From NCBI GenBank assembly GCA_042408215.1, contig JAYFMW010000019.1, positions 60,313-124,312 of the forward strand: DNA of 64,000 nucleotides, given 5' to 3'. How positions within the stretch are numbered: position 1 is the stretch's first letter; every line of letters starts with the position of its first letter. Positions 43,493 through 57,119 of the stretch are shown here, in pieces. The notes below the pieces were generated by a model that had not been told where the DNA came from, searched no databases, and saw nothing but the letters and a program-made list of their open reading frames with translations. The DNA is from Microcoleus sp. GTDB lineage: Bacteria; Cyanobacteriota; Cyanobacteriia; Cyanobacteriales; Microcoleaceae. A program made the translations under genes and the position numbers.

Positions 43493-46400
43493 TTACTGCC
43501 CTAATGTGTACTGCCACTCCACTCGAACCTCAATATTCGGAAACATCTTTTTAAAAGCTCTAATCACTTTTTCGCATGAATTACAAGGTGAGCGTTCGCT
43601 AAACAGGTAAATTTTTCCTTTGATAGAGGGATTGTCAATATACCTATTAGCCACAACTTCCAAAAGTTTGATTTCACTATCTGTATCCCTCAAGTGGTTA
43701 CCAACAACCTGATGCATAAAGTTTACCCTACCAGAGACGTTGCCAACTAAACCTGGCATGGGCTCTATAACATTGCCTGGTGCAGTTCTTACTTTAGTTG
43801 AACCGGAGAGTGCAAGCAGCGTGCCAGAAAACTCTTGCCCTTTATTACCAAGTCTTATATCAGCAAATGCCAAGTTTGGGCTGCTTCTCGGATTAAATTC
43901 TTGAAGGTTGAGAGTCTGTCTAAATATTTTAGCTCGCTCAAAAGAAGTTTTTGGACTACGCCCAAATGCTTTGATAAAATCCTTACCAGTATCAAACACG
44001 GCTGGTGCGAGGTTCCATGCTAATTGGCTAGCAAGGCCTTCTAGACCAAATTGACCGCCACTTGTAATAATGTTTAAGGTTTGATTTGCTACCTCTCCAT
44101 AAATTTTTGTCAGAGTATCGCGAATATTATTCGCAACCGAAAACTCTGCTGAAGAAGAGAAAAAGCCTGTTGGGTCAATGAAGCTTACCGGATTAACATT
44201 GCCATAAAGATACTTGTGCAGCGACATCGGATCTTCAAAGCTGCCCTCATAAGCATCCCGCCGAGTAAACCGCCCAGTATCAGTATCGTAATACCGCTGT
44301 CTCAGATAATAATCCCCTAAATTAGGATCGAACTGCTCCCCAGCAAAGCGGTAATTATTAGCAGTAGCACCCGAAACCCCAATTAAATTCCCAAAAGCAT
44401 CATAACTGTAAGTATCAGTCACTACACCGCTAGCATCAGTCAACCCCCTCGTACTTCCCAAGCCATCAACTAAATAATACGAATCATTAACTCCCCGTTC
44501 CTGACTAATCAAATCCAACCCATAAACGTAACTAGCAATTAAAGCATCATTAACACTCTCCTCCAAAACTTGAGCATAAGGAAGATTCTTATCAACCAAA
44601 TACTCAGTCGTCACCCCATTAACAGTCTTGCTAACCCTCACCCCATCCGCATCGTAAGCATAATTAATATTCTCACCAGCAGGAGTTTGAACGCCAACCA
44701 AACGATTCTCAAGATTCCAAGTATAAACCGTCTCTTGAGTACCGTTCTCAATCTTGCGAGTAGTATTCCCATTCGCATCGTAACGATACTCAGTCGTCTT
44801 AACCAACCCATTATTCTGCCGCAATTCCTCCCTTAACAACCTGTCATTAACATCATAACTATAACTCGTAACCCCCTCAACAGAATCAGTCTTAGTCAAC
44901 CGATTCCCCACAGGATCATAACCGTAACTAATCGTGCGAGTTCCCCCAACAGAATCAGTAATTGTCTCAGAAGTCAACCGATAAAAATCGTCATACTCAT
45001 ACCCAACCTTCCGCCCGTTTTGTTCGGTAACAACCTTGCGATGACCGACAGGATCTAGCGTATAATCAAAACTTTGAAGCGTCGCACCATTCTTTTGATA
45101 AGTCAACAACTTCAACCGATTCAACTCATCATAACTCCGACTTTCCACCACCCCATTCGGAAACTGATTCCTCGACAAATTCCCCACAACATCATAGAAA
45201 TAAGCCGTCACAGCCAAATCCGGGTCAGTCACCGTTTTCAAACGATTCTGCTCATCATAAACATACCTCGTAACACCCGCAGCAGTCCTCACAGAAGTCC
45301 GATTACCCGCCGCATCATACCCGTACTCAATCGTCGCCCCACCAGCCAAATAAGGGCCTTCCGGGTCAATTCTCGAAACCAACCTTCCCAATTCATCATA
45401 ATTAAAACTCGTCGTTCCCCGTCCATCAACAACCGTCTTAACTTCTCCGCTTTCAGTATAAGTAAAAGTAACCGGAACCTCACCCGACGCAGCAAACCCC
45501 TTAGAAACCAAACGATTTTCAACATCATAACCATAGGTAATAGTATTCCCATTAAAATCAGTAACACTTTGAACATTACCCGCAGCATCATAAACCGTAC
45601 TAGACCTTTGATTTAACGGTAATTCAACCGCAACCCGACGATTGTTTTTATCGTACTCAAACTCAGTACGATTATCCTTCGCATCTTCTTGCCAAATTAA
45701 CCGCCCAGCCTCATCATAACCGTACTCAGTTCTCAATTGAATTGGATTAGTTCCCAATTGATTCAAAACCTGTACAACAGCAGTCAACCTACCCAAAGCA
45801 TCGTACTCGTACTTAACAGTTTTCCCAGCAGCATCAGTAGTAGAAACACGCCGTCCCAAACTATCGTATTCAGTCTTAGCAGTCGGATTATCTAAAAGAT
45901 TGCTGAAAGTAGAATCGGGATAAACAGTCTTCACCAACCGACCTAAACTATCGTACTCGTAACGAGTCACCCTTCCCAACGCATCAATACTAGCAACAGT
46001 CCGTCCTAACTTATCGTACTCAGTGCGACTTCTGGGATTATCAGAATTATCAGGCGTATCATCAGCATAAATAACCTCCACCAATTGACCGTTATCATTA
46101 TACCGATACTCAGTGCGATTTCCTAACTCGTCAATCTCAGCTTTGACATCACCATTTTTGTAATATTCAGTTAAGCTGCGGGGATTGTTCGATAAGAAAG
46201 CAGGCGTTTCATCGGGATAAACAACAGCAGTCCAATCAATTGTAGCAAGTGTTTGATTTGGTGCAAGAACAGTAACTAATTGAGAAAGCGTATCAGTTTT
46301 ATCGGCATAAATCGTTTCAACTAAACGCCCAGCATCGTCATAATTGTAGTGAGTTACCAACTTATCGCGGTCAACACTAGCCCGCCAACGACCACCCTTA

Positions 46401-49400
46401 TCGTAAATGTTAATCGTTCTCGGATTGTCAGCCGGATTGCTGAGAGTATTGTCGGGATAAATCGTCTCAATTAACTGACCTTTGCTATCGTAACGATACT
46501 CAGTCCGACGATTCAAAGCATCAATTACAGCAACTTGATTCCCATTAGCATCGTACTCGTATTTGGTAACTCCATTTAACCCATCAGTCGTTGACTTGAC
46601 TTTACCGTTACTATCATAAGTTGATTTAGTAACCAGTTGCTGAATACCCGCAGGAGTAGTTACCGTGCGAGTTTCAGTTAAACGATTCCCACTATTATCG
46701 TAAGTAAAAGTTGTTTTATTTCCTAAAGCATCTTCAACCGAAAGTACATTCCCCGAACCATCATAAGTAAAGTTAGTAACTTTATTAGCTGCATCAGTAA
46801 GAGTAAGAAGATTTCCCCTCATATCGTAGCTGAACTTACTAACATTCCCCTTTGCATCCTTAGTCGTCAGCAAATTCCCACTGGGAGAATAAGTATAATT
46901 CGCAGTATTTCCCAAAGCATCAGTTTCAGTCAAAACCTGACCCCGACTGTTATAAGTCCACCGAGAAACATTCCCCAACGCATCTTTCTCAGATAACTTA
47001 TTCCCCCGACTATCATAAGTCCACTCAGTCTTAGACTTCACCTCAACCAAATTCCCAGCAGCATTCAACTCCCTGGTAATCACCGTCTCAGTCAAGACAT
47101 GATTATCCCCATCAAAAGTCCTATCAACCCTCTTCCCTAACGGATCAATCTCAGTGAGAACGTTCCCCCGACTGTCATAAACATAAGTAGTCTCCTTACC
47201 AAAAACATCCTTAACCTTCTGAACCGAGTTATTCGGGTCATAAACCAACTCAACCTTTTCCCCATTCCCATCAATCATCTGCTTTAAACGACCAGAATCA
47301 TCATACCCAGTCTTCACCCCAGTCCTTCCCAAAGCATCAATAACCTCAGTCAAAAAGTGAGGATTATTAGCAGCTTCATACTTAAAGCTAGTCGTATTAT
47401 TCTCCCTATCCTTAACAGCAACCAAATCACCTTTACTATCATACTGATACTTAACCTTCTTCCCATCCGGGTCAACAACACCGACAATCCTCCCAGCAAC
47501 ATCCCTCTCAAAAGTCACCGACTTACCCGTACTACTCTTAATCCCCGCATCGCTAAAAGTCAACTTATTCCCATTCGCATCAGTAGCAGTCAGCAAATCC
47601 CCAGACTTAGCATCAATCTCGTAAACCAATCCCTCCTGCGTCGTCAGTATATAAACACCACCAAAAGCAGGATTTTCCGGATTGAAAGGCTGTGCGTTCA
47701 CCCCGTAATACCCGTTCTCATTCCTGACCAAATTCGCATCCTTAACCGTCAGAGTCATCGTCGAACCCGAATGCGACTCAAAAGCCGGCTTGTACATCGC
47801 AGCCCCCGGCCCAGCCCCTCCTAAATACTGATTCAGATGATGCGGAGTCGGCTTAAAAGTAAAGGTTTCCCGCTTCCCACCCGGTAAGCGTAATAAACAC
47901 CTTAGTCTTGCTGTCAAAAGGAACAGTATTTATCCCCAACTCCTCATAAGTCGGGTCAGCTTTTAGCGAAGTCTTCAAATCAGTATCCCGGAACTCCATC
48001 CGCCAGCCGTAGCCGAAATCATCGCTAGAATTGGCATTCAAAGAATCGTAAGTTCGAGTTACATTAATCGGAATTCCCGCCACTGGAACCGATAAATCAG
48101 TAAAGGATAACCGGAAATTACCCAACTTCAAATCACCCGCAACATTCACCGTCCTTTCAGTAGTCGAACCGTTACCGTTGGTATCGAATGCAGTGAATTT
48201 GAGAGTGTAAGCGCCGTTAGCTAAAACAGTCGGGTCAAAGGTGGCAATTACTCCATTATTGACAGCAGTCGTTCCCCGATAAACTTCCTTAAATTGACTG
48301 CTACCAACCGGGGCTACTGACAAAGTATAGTAATCCAAATTGCTGTCAGTTATCGTACCTCGAATTACCAGAGGTGCAGAAACATCAACATCATCCGCTA
48401 AATTGATATTGATAATTGGCGCATTGACATCAGTAGTGTCAATCGCCCTGACAACTTGAGTCGCATTCCCCACATTTCCGGCCGCATCTTTAGCAGTGGC
48501 AATTGCCGTGATAGTTGCTAAATTATTGACCTTGACAGTTGCTCTGACCTTGTGCATCTAAAAGTACAGGAGTGCCGTTGATGGTTAAGCCCAAAGATTC
48601 GACTTTCACGTTATCGACAGCATTCACGGTAAAGATGACCGAATCTCCGAGATTAGCGGTATTCTTGCTAGCAATTAGACTTACTTTCGGTGCAACAGTA
48701 TCGGCGACAACGCTTAAATTGTAAGAAACAGTAACGCTTTCCCCAAAAGTATCAGTCACCTTAACAGAAACCGGATGATTGCCGATATTAGCAGCAGTCG
48801 GCTTCCAACTAATCCGCCCGAATTCATCAACAGTCATATTAGTTGGAGATTGAATTAAAGCAAAAGTCAACAAATCTCCGTTGGCATCAGTCGCCTTCAA
48901 ATCGTAGCGATAACTGGCACCTGGCGAAACAGATTGAATCGGAATAGTTGGCACAACCGCTGCTGAATTAGCCCTGAGAAATTAACTCAAAACCTTGGGC
49001 CGCACCCGTACCCGAATTGTCAACCGCCCCGACTACTATTTGATGGTTTCCAGCAGTCGGATTGTTCCAAGTAACAACACCAGTAGCTGAATTGATTGTC
49101 ATGCCGGTTGGAGATTGCAATAATTGGTATTGCGAGATAGTACCGTCAGCATCAGTTGCTTGTACCTTATAGCTGTAAGCGCGTTCTGGTGAGGCTGTAA
49201 ATACAGGTGTGGAAGTGATGGCAGGCGGCAGATTGATAGCAGTATTTCCGGCATTGACAGTAAAAGTTTGAGTAGCAATTGCCCCTTGTTTATCAGTCAC
49301 GGCAACTTCCACAGAATGCAGCCCGATTTGAGTAGCATTCGGCATCCATTGAATAACACCGTTACTATCAATTGCCATCCCGACGGGATACTTACTCAAA

Positions 49401-52162
49401 CTGAAAGTCAGCGGGTCATTTTCCAAATCAGTCGCGACAACTGTATAAGCGTAAACTTGATTTACTGCTGCCTTCGATGGAGGAGTTGAAACCACAGTCG
49501 GCGGCGTGTTTATTCCCCTGACAGCCAGCGTAAATTCTTGGACTGCATAACCGCCGTTGCCGTCAATTGTCCTTACAGAAATGGTATGTTCGCCAATTTG
49601 TTCTGCGCTAGGCTGCCAGCGTAAAGAACCAGATTGGGGGTCAACAATCATCCCCGAAGGCGCTTTGTCCAAACTCCACAGCAATCTGTCTCCATCTGCA
49701 TCGCTGCCAGCCAAATTGTATTGATAAAGCTTGGCTAGATTGGTAATTTGTTCTGCGGGAGTAGAATCGATGCTGGGCTGGCGATTTGAAGCGATGTTAT
49801 CGGCTGTTAAGTTAAAGGTTTGAGTGGCAATTCCTCCTAAACTGTCGCTAATTCTGACGGTGATGGGATAAGTTCCTTGCTGCGAAACTCCGGGCGTCCA
49901 ACTAATCAATCCTTCTTGGAATGTCATGCCGGCGGGCGTCGAAGCTGGCGTTGCAAATGCCATGCCGGAGGGCGGATTTAATAGAGTATATGTTAAGGGG
50001 TTGCCGTCGGGGTCTTTGGCTTCTACTTGATAGAAGTATGTCTTGCCCAAACGGGTGTTTGTGCGGGGAGTGGAGGTGATGGATGGCGGGCGATTGGGGG
50101 CGGCTGGGCTGACGGTTAATTCGATTCTTTGGAATGCTTCTCCGCCTTTGTTGTCTGTTGCTTTAATTAAGATTTCCCAAGGTTCGATTTCGCCGGCGTA
50201 AACCCAGTTGAATGCGCCTCCTTGCTGTGCGGTTGTGGGAGTCCAATTTACTACTCCGGTGGTGGGGTTGATTGTGGCGTTGGTGGGGGTAACTGGTTTG
50301 CTGGAATTGGGAATTATGGAGTAGGTAATTGTGTCTCCGTCTAAGTCTACGGCTTTTGCTTGATATTGGAATGGTTGGTTGACGGCGGGGTTGATGTTTT
50401 CTGGCTGTTTTGAGGTGAAAACGGGGGCGTTGTTTCCGGGGGTAACTTCGATTTTGAAGGCTTGCAAGTCGGTGCCGCCTCTGCCGTCATTGACTCGGAG
50501 GATGATATCGTGGGTGCCGACGGAATTGAGTGGGGGACGCCAAGATATTGTACCGTTGGGTGCAACTGCCATGCCTTTGGGTGCGAGTACCAATTCAAAG
50601 GTTAAGTCGTCGTCGTTTAAGTCAGTTGCAGTTGTTCTGTAGACTAATCTTTCTCCTGCTTTGACTGTTGTTGGCGGGGTACTGGTAAATTCGGGGTCAA
50701 TATTGGGGCCTGCTAATTTGGAATTTGTGGCGGCAAAATCTACTCCAAATTTCGTATTGTTGGCGGTGACTGTGACTTCTTGATAAATGGGATTGGTTGG
50801 AGATGTTTGAGTCCATCCGGGTTGTAATTGCGAGACGATGCGGTAGTTTCCGGGGGCGAGGGTGAAGGAGTAGTTGCCGCTGGCGTCGCTGTAGGTGAAG
50901 GGTTCGTTGGTATTTCGGATGCCGTCGCGGTTAGTGTCAACGAAAACCAGCCAGTTTTCCATTCCCGGTTCGTTGTCGGTTGGTTTTCCTAAACCTCGGA
51001 CTACCATTAAGTTGCTAAAACCGCCCCAAGCGTTGAACAGCGAATCTCCCGTAACTGGGTCGGTAACTGCGCCCCAAGCGCCGCCGTAGTTGGTAATGAA
51101 AGGAGTCCGGGTTGAAGAAATCGGGTTCCCGTTGTTATCTATGTCATAAGCGTAGATGCCACCAGCATTCCATTCTGCCATCAACAAACCTTCACCGCTG
51201 TCGAAATTAGGTGCGGTGACAGGCCTATAAACGAAGGCACCAGGGCCCGCACCTGCGGTTGTTTCCAATTTGGGCGGATTGATGATGTAGCGGGGCGTGC
51301 CGTCGGGGAAATTGCCGTTGCGCGTGTAGGTGAGGGTGTAGAATCCGTTGTTGGGATAGGCGCCAGTGGCTTTGAGTTGCCCCTCTCCGGGAAAACCTTC
51401 GGGAACGAAAGTCAAGCCGCCCATAGCAGCAGGATACCCACCGCTGGGCGCGCCGCCCGGTTTGATGGAATAGATGCCGGTCGGTTTCCACAAGTTGGCT
51501 AAGAGTACGTTGTCGGGGGTGTAGACTAAACCCGCATCGCTGTAGGGAGAGTCGGCAAAGTAATTGGCAGTGTAGGGCGTTTCTGGGTCGCCGTCGTCGT
51601 CTAAGCCGATAATATGACCGTTTTCCCCCCGCACTACCTTGACTTCATACAGGGCACCACCGCCAGATGCTGCACCGCCGCCCAAGAGCAAGGTATTGGG
51701 GTCAACAGTGCCGTCCGGGTTGCGTTTGAAGGTCATCGCCCCCAAGATGCCCGGCACGCCGTCCGGTCGATTTAAGTTGTAGGCGGCGTAGTTATCTGCA
51801 AAGCGCGGGTCCACTACCACCCGACTGTCAGGAGTCATGTTACCCGGATTGGTAACGCGGCGAGTGCCAGTTCCGTCCGCATCCAGATACACGCTGCCCT
51901 TAACAGTACCGGGGACGACGCTGCTGATTGACAAATCAAAACTTTGGATGTCCGCGTTGCCGCGACCGTCCTCGACTCTGACTCTCACTTTGTGAGTACC
52001 CTCGACGGGAGTCGCCCAAATAATCCTGCCGGTTTCTGAATCAATAATTGCACCGCTGGGCGCGTCTTCCAGCAAATAAGTGAGAGTATCCCCGTCAGCA
52101 TCGCTGGCATCCGTGTCGTATACATAGCGCCCGGTTGTATAACCCGAAGTAACGGCCGGAGT
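43493..52162 (-). pseudogene. 5'-truncated giant Ig-repeat/RHS toxin (copy B) ending in a deaminase tip; split by three single-base insertions
   Basis: ORFs 48968..52075, 48523..48954, 47853..48557 and 43493..47917 are colinear with copy A. RHS core YYLRQRYYD...FIDPTG; tip RDTDSEIKLLE...SERSPCNSC. No start or signal sequence. Confidence 0.88.
47160..49243. repeat. About 2.1-kb high-identity direct repeat of 58080-60183
   Basis: TAINLPPAITSTPVFTASP through YVYDSRGNV is near-identical in DNA apart from one diverged internal segment. Confidence 0.9.
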
Positions 52163-52917
52163 GTTGAATTGTTATTTTGGCCTGATGTTTCCGGCAATTC
52201 GTAACGGTAAGAAGTGACATTGCCAAATACATCTGTCATTGATGTAACCCGTCCCAATTTATCGTAAATCATCGATTGATTGTTGCCTTGGGAGGTTCTG
52301 CTAGCAATGGTTTTACCTTCCGAGTCGTAATCATACTCCATCCATTGGGTATAAGTTTGACCGTTCAGGTTAAATGTGGTTGTTGCTTTCTTGATTCTGT
52401 TGTTGAGGTCGTAATCTGTTTTAACTTCATTACCTCGGCTATCCACCATGCGGTTGATGTTACCAAAATGGTCGTAGTCAAATTCTGTTACTTGACCGTC
52501 TGGTGCGGTTTGGAAACGCAGTTGACCTTGTGCGTTGTAGCTGTAGGTTGTTTTTAGTCCATCGGTATCAATGCTTTCGATTAAATTGCCGCGACTGTCG
52601 TATTTAGCACTGGTTTTTAGACCTGTGGGTGAGACAACTGATGTGGCGCGACCGCGATTATCGTAGGTCATTCGGGTGGTGTTACCCTGTTTATCTTTGA
52701 TGGTTAGCAGGTTGTTGTTGCCATCATAGGTATATAAAGCTGTAACGCCATCTGCATCGGTCTCACTTAATAAGTTGTTATCGGAGTCGTAGGTGCGGGT
52801 GATAGTGCCCGCTTTGGCATCAATTTCTTGCAGGACGTTACCCCGCGTATCGTAAAAGTAAGTAGTTGAGTATCCCCGCGTATCTTTGACAACTTGTTTG
52901 GAGGTATTGGGGTCATA
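52163..52917 (-). pseudogene. Internal YD-repeat fragment of a third RHS paralogue
   Basis: Open frame YDPNTSKQVVKDTRGYSTTYFYDTRGNVLQEID...YRYELPE, truncated at both ends and joined out of frame to copy B. Confidence 0.8.
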
Positions 52918-53219
52918 TTTTTGTGATTTGTTATTGCAGGTGGGCGCTGATCGAGTCGGTTTTAGAGCCGTTGCTTAAAGGGCGAGTTACGGCAAACTCT
53001 TTTGGAGAATGGGAGGCAGAGTATCAGGAATATCTGGAACGAAATGCTTTTCAAGTTGAGGTGGGATAAGTATTAGTTAAGGGAGGGCGATCGCACTTGA
53101 ATAAAAAACAGCCAGGTTGGGGTGTAAATTGCGATCGTACCTCCAGACGAAAGCATTTTAATTTGGGCGAGTATACATTATTATTGCCAATCATTGCGAT
53201 CGACAAATACATTAATTGA

Positions 53220-53600
53220 TTAATCAATTAAATTCAATCTGTCCTCGTAACCCCGCATTATCTCCTGCAATACTTTTCGGAATTCTTGAAATTCAGAATC
53301 ATCATCCATCAAAAAAGTAATTTGAATCTCATCAAACCCTATAATAGGTGCCATTGGGACATTCAAATGAATCGTGAATTTGTCACGACTAAGAGCTATC
53401 AAATCAATTCCTCCATTTCCTCCCCAGCACTGGTCATCCAGCTCGATATAGATATTCTCCCTGTTGGGAAGAGCCTCTTCTGTAGACGTTTCTTCTCGTG
53501 TCATTATAAAATAATGCCCGTCCTCATCTAATTCAGAAAAACCCATATATAAATTGCTTTCAATGAACTCAAATTGACCAGCCACAAATTCAAGTTTCAT
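53220..53600 (-). CDS. Orphan immunity protein, Imm10-like
   Basis: Acidic 126 aa; IYIELDDQCWGGNGGIDLIALSRDKFTIHL; RBS GGAGG. Confidence 0.7.
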   Translation of the reverse strand: MKLEFVAGQFEFIESNLYMGFSELDEDGHYFIMTREETSTEEALPNRENIYIELDDQCWGGNGGIDLIALSRDKFTIHLNVPMAPIIGFDEIQITFLMDDDSEFQEFRKVLQEIMRGYEDRLNLID

Positions 53601-53737
53601 TCAGATCCTCCACGTAGTGTTTGTTGACTAAAACAATCTCAATGCAATTAACTATGTCTCGAACGATCGACTTCGCTCCACTCTTGCAGTGTAATGTGCC
53701 AGTTGGGGAGTGCGAAATGTGGGTTATATCTACGTCA

Positions 53738-54100
53738 TTATTCAAGTTCAATCAATTCAGGTGGGTTCATTTTCGATGGGTCGCCAAAGTAGTAATCAAG
53801 GATAGCCTCTACAGCATCCATAATTGATGAAAAATTCATTTGAAAATCCCCGATACCGGGACCAGGAACAGATTCCCAAATTTGAAATGTCCACTTATCA
53901 TTGTCAGAATAAAGAGATGCACTAGGCGCATCGAAAAGAATTTCCTCAGCTCCAAAATACTCTTCCCAATTTTTTCTACTGTTTCCGGATATTGAAGCCG
54001 GTTTAACAATAGTGTAGCCATCTGAATCAGGAATATTACAATTAGGCTCAACCAATAAACCAGCTTTTTTTAGCTTAGTAATTGCCTCAGTTTGTGACAT
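53738..54100 (-). CDS. Putative immunity protein for the peptidase tip
   Basis: Acidic 120 aa immediately downstream of the toxin stop; RBS GGAG. Confidence 0.75.
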   Translation of the reverse strand: MSQTEAITKLKKAGLLVEPNCNIPDSDGYTIVKPASISGNSRKNWEEYFGAEEILFDAPSASLYSDNDKWTFQIWESVPGPGIGDFQMNFSSIMDAVEAILDYYFGDPSKMNPPELIELE

Positions 54101-54134
54101 AGTTAAATCTCCAGGTATCGCTCGCTCAATTTTT

Positions 54135-56256
54135 TTAATTGGTTAAAATGGCTAGTCCCTTGAATCGTTTACTGATGAACCGCTGACTAAACTCCTCTAC
54201 AGGAGTGAAATACTGTCGCCCTCCGGCAGGATCTCTAATGGCAACAACTTCTTTTCCTTGGCGTGTAGTAATACCATCAACAATAACGAAATGAGGTCTA
54301 GGATCTCCATTAAGCTGTTCTAAGTCTACCAAGACAATTGCTGGATGCCCTTGAGAAGTTGCCCGTTTCAGATCATCTATGGATTGCCCTCGTACAGAAC
54401 GCGCTACTGTAACACCGTTTCGTCGTAGTGCCATAGATAAATCATTGGGAGTTGCGCCATTATTTAATGGAACTTTAGTCTGAATTACAAGCTTATTAAG
54501 ATCGTATTGTAGTCCAAGAGTGTCAAGAATCATAGCACAAGAAGTGGGTCCACAAGCTACATGACCATAATCGACCACATCAGCTTGATTCAGAAGTAAC
54601 CTATTGCCAAAGCGAGGAAGGCTGCTACTTCGAGGATTACCAGGTTCTAAAGCCCTACCGGGAATATCATCTAGTACTTTACTAGGCACTCCAGCAAGTA
54701 GTGGCAAAAAAGCTAAAGCATCCCACCAAGTGGCTCGACCTTCCATTGCATTTATGGTACTTTGAGCCATTCCAATTCCAGCACCAAATAAGTCGTAGCC
54801 CAGAGCAGCTCTAGCCCACCAAGGAGCAGAACGAAACTCACCAAATGTAGCGCTATTGGCTCCCATCCACATACTGGCAACTGCTCCACCGAGCCGACCC
54901 AGATTAAAGAAAATTCCTTGATGATTTTTAGTCGCTGTATCTCCGTATATTAATCGCCGAGCTTCTGTACTAATTCCAAATGTTATGGCATCAGCTAAAC
55001 CAGCAAAAAACTGATCGTACTTAGCAACCGCATCCCAAGCGCTTCCTCCCCCAGCCACTGTTCCTACAGCACTCCCAGTCGTATAACTTAACCCAGCCAA
55101 CACAGAATACCCCGCCATAGTTCCCAACAACTCTCCAATTGAGAAATACCCGCTAGGATCGGTATTAACCACCGGATTAGCATGAGCATACTGATAATCA
55201 TGCAAACTCATCGGGTCACCCAGCGTCCCCTCATAAGCATCAGCAGAAACAAACCTCCCCACCAACGGGTCATAATACCTCGCCCGCAAATAATCCAACC
55301 CAGTCTCGCTATCCCGCTGTTCCCCAGCAAACAAATAAGAATTATTAGAAGCACCCGTCGATGCAATTAAATTGCCATAAGCATCATAAGCATAACTATC
55401 AGTAACCCCACCCAAATTATTAGTCAACACCCTCGTACTACCCAACCCATCAACGTGATAAAACGACGATTGACTTCCCTGCAATTTACCAACCAAATCG
55501 TACCCATAAACATAAGAACCCTTAGCATTACCCGCAGCATCATACTCCTCCAAAACTTGATCGTAAGGCTGCAACTCATCAATCAAATACCGAGTCTCCA
55601 CCCCATCAACAACCTTGCCAACCCTTATCCCCTGAGCATTATATTGATACCCAACATTCCGAGTAACACCACCCTCATTAACCGTCACTCCCATCAACCG
55701 ATTCTCACCATCATTCGCCCACCGATAAACAGTAGAATTGCTTCCAGTCACCTCCGAAATCAAATTCCCATTACTATCGTAGGTATAAATAGTAGCAACA
55801 CCATTAGTTGTAGTAGATAGCTGATTCAAATTGTTGTAAGTATAAGTCGTTACCCCACTCACCGAATCAGTCTTAGTCAACCGATTCCCCACCGCATCGT
55901 AACCGTAACCAATCGTCCTCTCAACCGTTCCCCCACAGCATCGTAACCGTAACCAATCGTCCTCTCAACCGTTCCCCCAGGTGCAAAAATTGTCTCTGAC
56001 CTCAAGCGATACAAATCGTCATATTCATACTCAACCTTGCGCCCGTTTTGTTCGGTAACAACCTTGCGATGACCGACAGGATCTAAGCTGTAATCAAAGC
56101 TTTGAAGCGTCACCCCATTCCGTTGATAAGCCAGCAACTTCAACCGATTCAACTCATCGTAAGTCCGAGTTTCCACAACCCCATTCGGCAATTGCATCCT
56201 CGATAAATTCCCCACAGCATCGTAGAAATACTTCGTCTGGCCCTTATCGAGGTCAG
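54135..56256 (-). pseudogene. Orphan RHS C-terminal cassette with a C39/papain-like cysteine peptidase tip
   Basis: Starts abruptly in YD repeats right after the upstream immunity gene. LDYLRARYYDP...VNTDPSG; tip ACGPTSCAMIL...PHFVIVDG...IRDP. A 44-bp tandem duplication at 55894-55979 shifts the frame. Confidence 0.85.
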
Positions 56257-56646
56257 TTAGTTTTCTAAATTGATATATAAATTATAACTTTGCTCCAAAC
56301 ATAACTTTAAATAGTCCTTACTTGCCCCTATTTTATGTTCAAAATCCAAAATTCTGATTCCGTGACAAGCCTCGTTTAAAATTTGGGTTAAAATTCTTAA
56401 ATATTCCACTGAAATGGGAAGCTTTGTAACTAAATTATTACCTTGTTGAGTTTGGCAATTTTTCAAATTTTCTTCTATTATTAAAAGAAATTTTTGAACT
56501 TCTTGTCGGTCAGCCCCTATTCGAGCATGGAACCCTCCTAAGATAGATTGAAGAACCACTTCAAAGGTTGACTTTAAAATTTCTAGACCTTTTTTTTCAG
56601 CTTCAATCAAGATAATCTTGTTAGCTTCTAATTTAATATTCAACAT
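56257..56646 (-). CDS. Putative immunity protein with an internal duplication
   Basis: Follows the toxin tip; two related halves LEILKSTF...FHARIGADRQEV and LRILTQILNEA...FEHKIGASKDYL. Confidence 0.75.
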   Translation of the reverse strand: MLNIKLEANKIILIEAEKKGLEILKSTFEVVLQSILGGFHARIGADRQEVQKFLLIIEENLKNCQTQQGNNLVTKLPISVEYLRILTQILNEACHGIRILDFEHKIGASKDYLKLCLEQSYNLYINLEN

Positions 56647-56667
56647 CTTTTTGATTGGGAATTTTAA

Positions 56668-57110
56668 TTATCTAGTACGGTCGAAGTAGGCTTTTCCATC
56701 ATCGGGTCGAAATGCGGTTCCGCCATCATCATCACCTGGATCTGCAATCACTATAACCTGGGTACTATCATCCCAGTATGCTCTGCGATTATTCCTAAGT
56801 TCTTTTTCTTCTGAAGGAAAAGTCATAATATCGTCAATTAGCGCTACTAATTCTTCTTGAGTTTTTATACCTAAAGGAATCCATGAATCATGTAAATGAT
56901 CGCGCCAGGAATGACCATATGCAATATCATATGCCTCGTCAAAGTTTATGTCAAAAAGATACCGAATCAGATTATGTAAACTCTGATCTCGATGATGACC
57001 TGTGTGATTGGGGAGGTTTGGTTGGGGTCCATTTCCAAATCCTGGCAAGCTGAGAAGCTTTCTTAGCAAGCTTGTTTGTGGCTTATGACCTGTATGCCGA
57101 GGCCCGCGAT
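56668..57110 (-). CDS. Toxin tip resembling CdiA-CT BECR-fold RNase/tRNase domains, detached from its RHS core
   Basis: IAYGHSWRDH...GIKTQEEL...RRAYWDDSTQVIVIADP..DGGTAFRP..GKAYF. Confidence 0.72.
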
Positions 57111-57119
57111 AGTTTCACG

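Noticed and set aside
52925..53070. Plus-strand gene scrap (ASYGKLFGEWEAEYQEYLERNAFQVEVG)
   Set aside because: It looks like a C-terminal remnant at a rearrangement junction, but I cannot identify the family.
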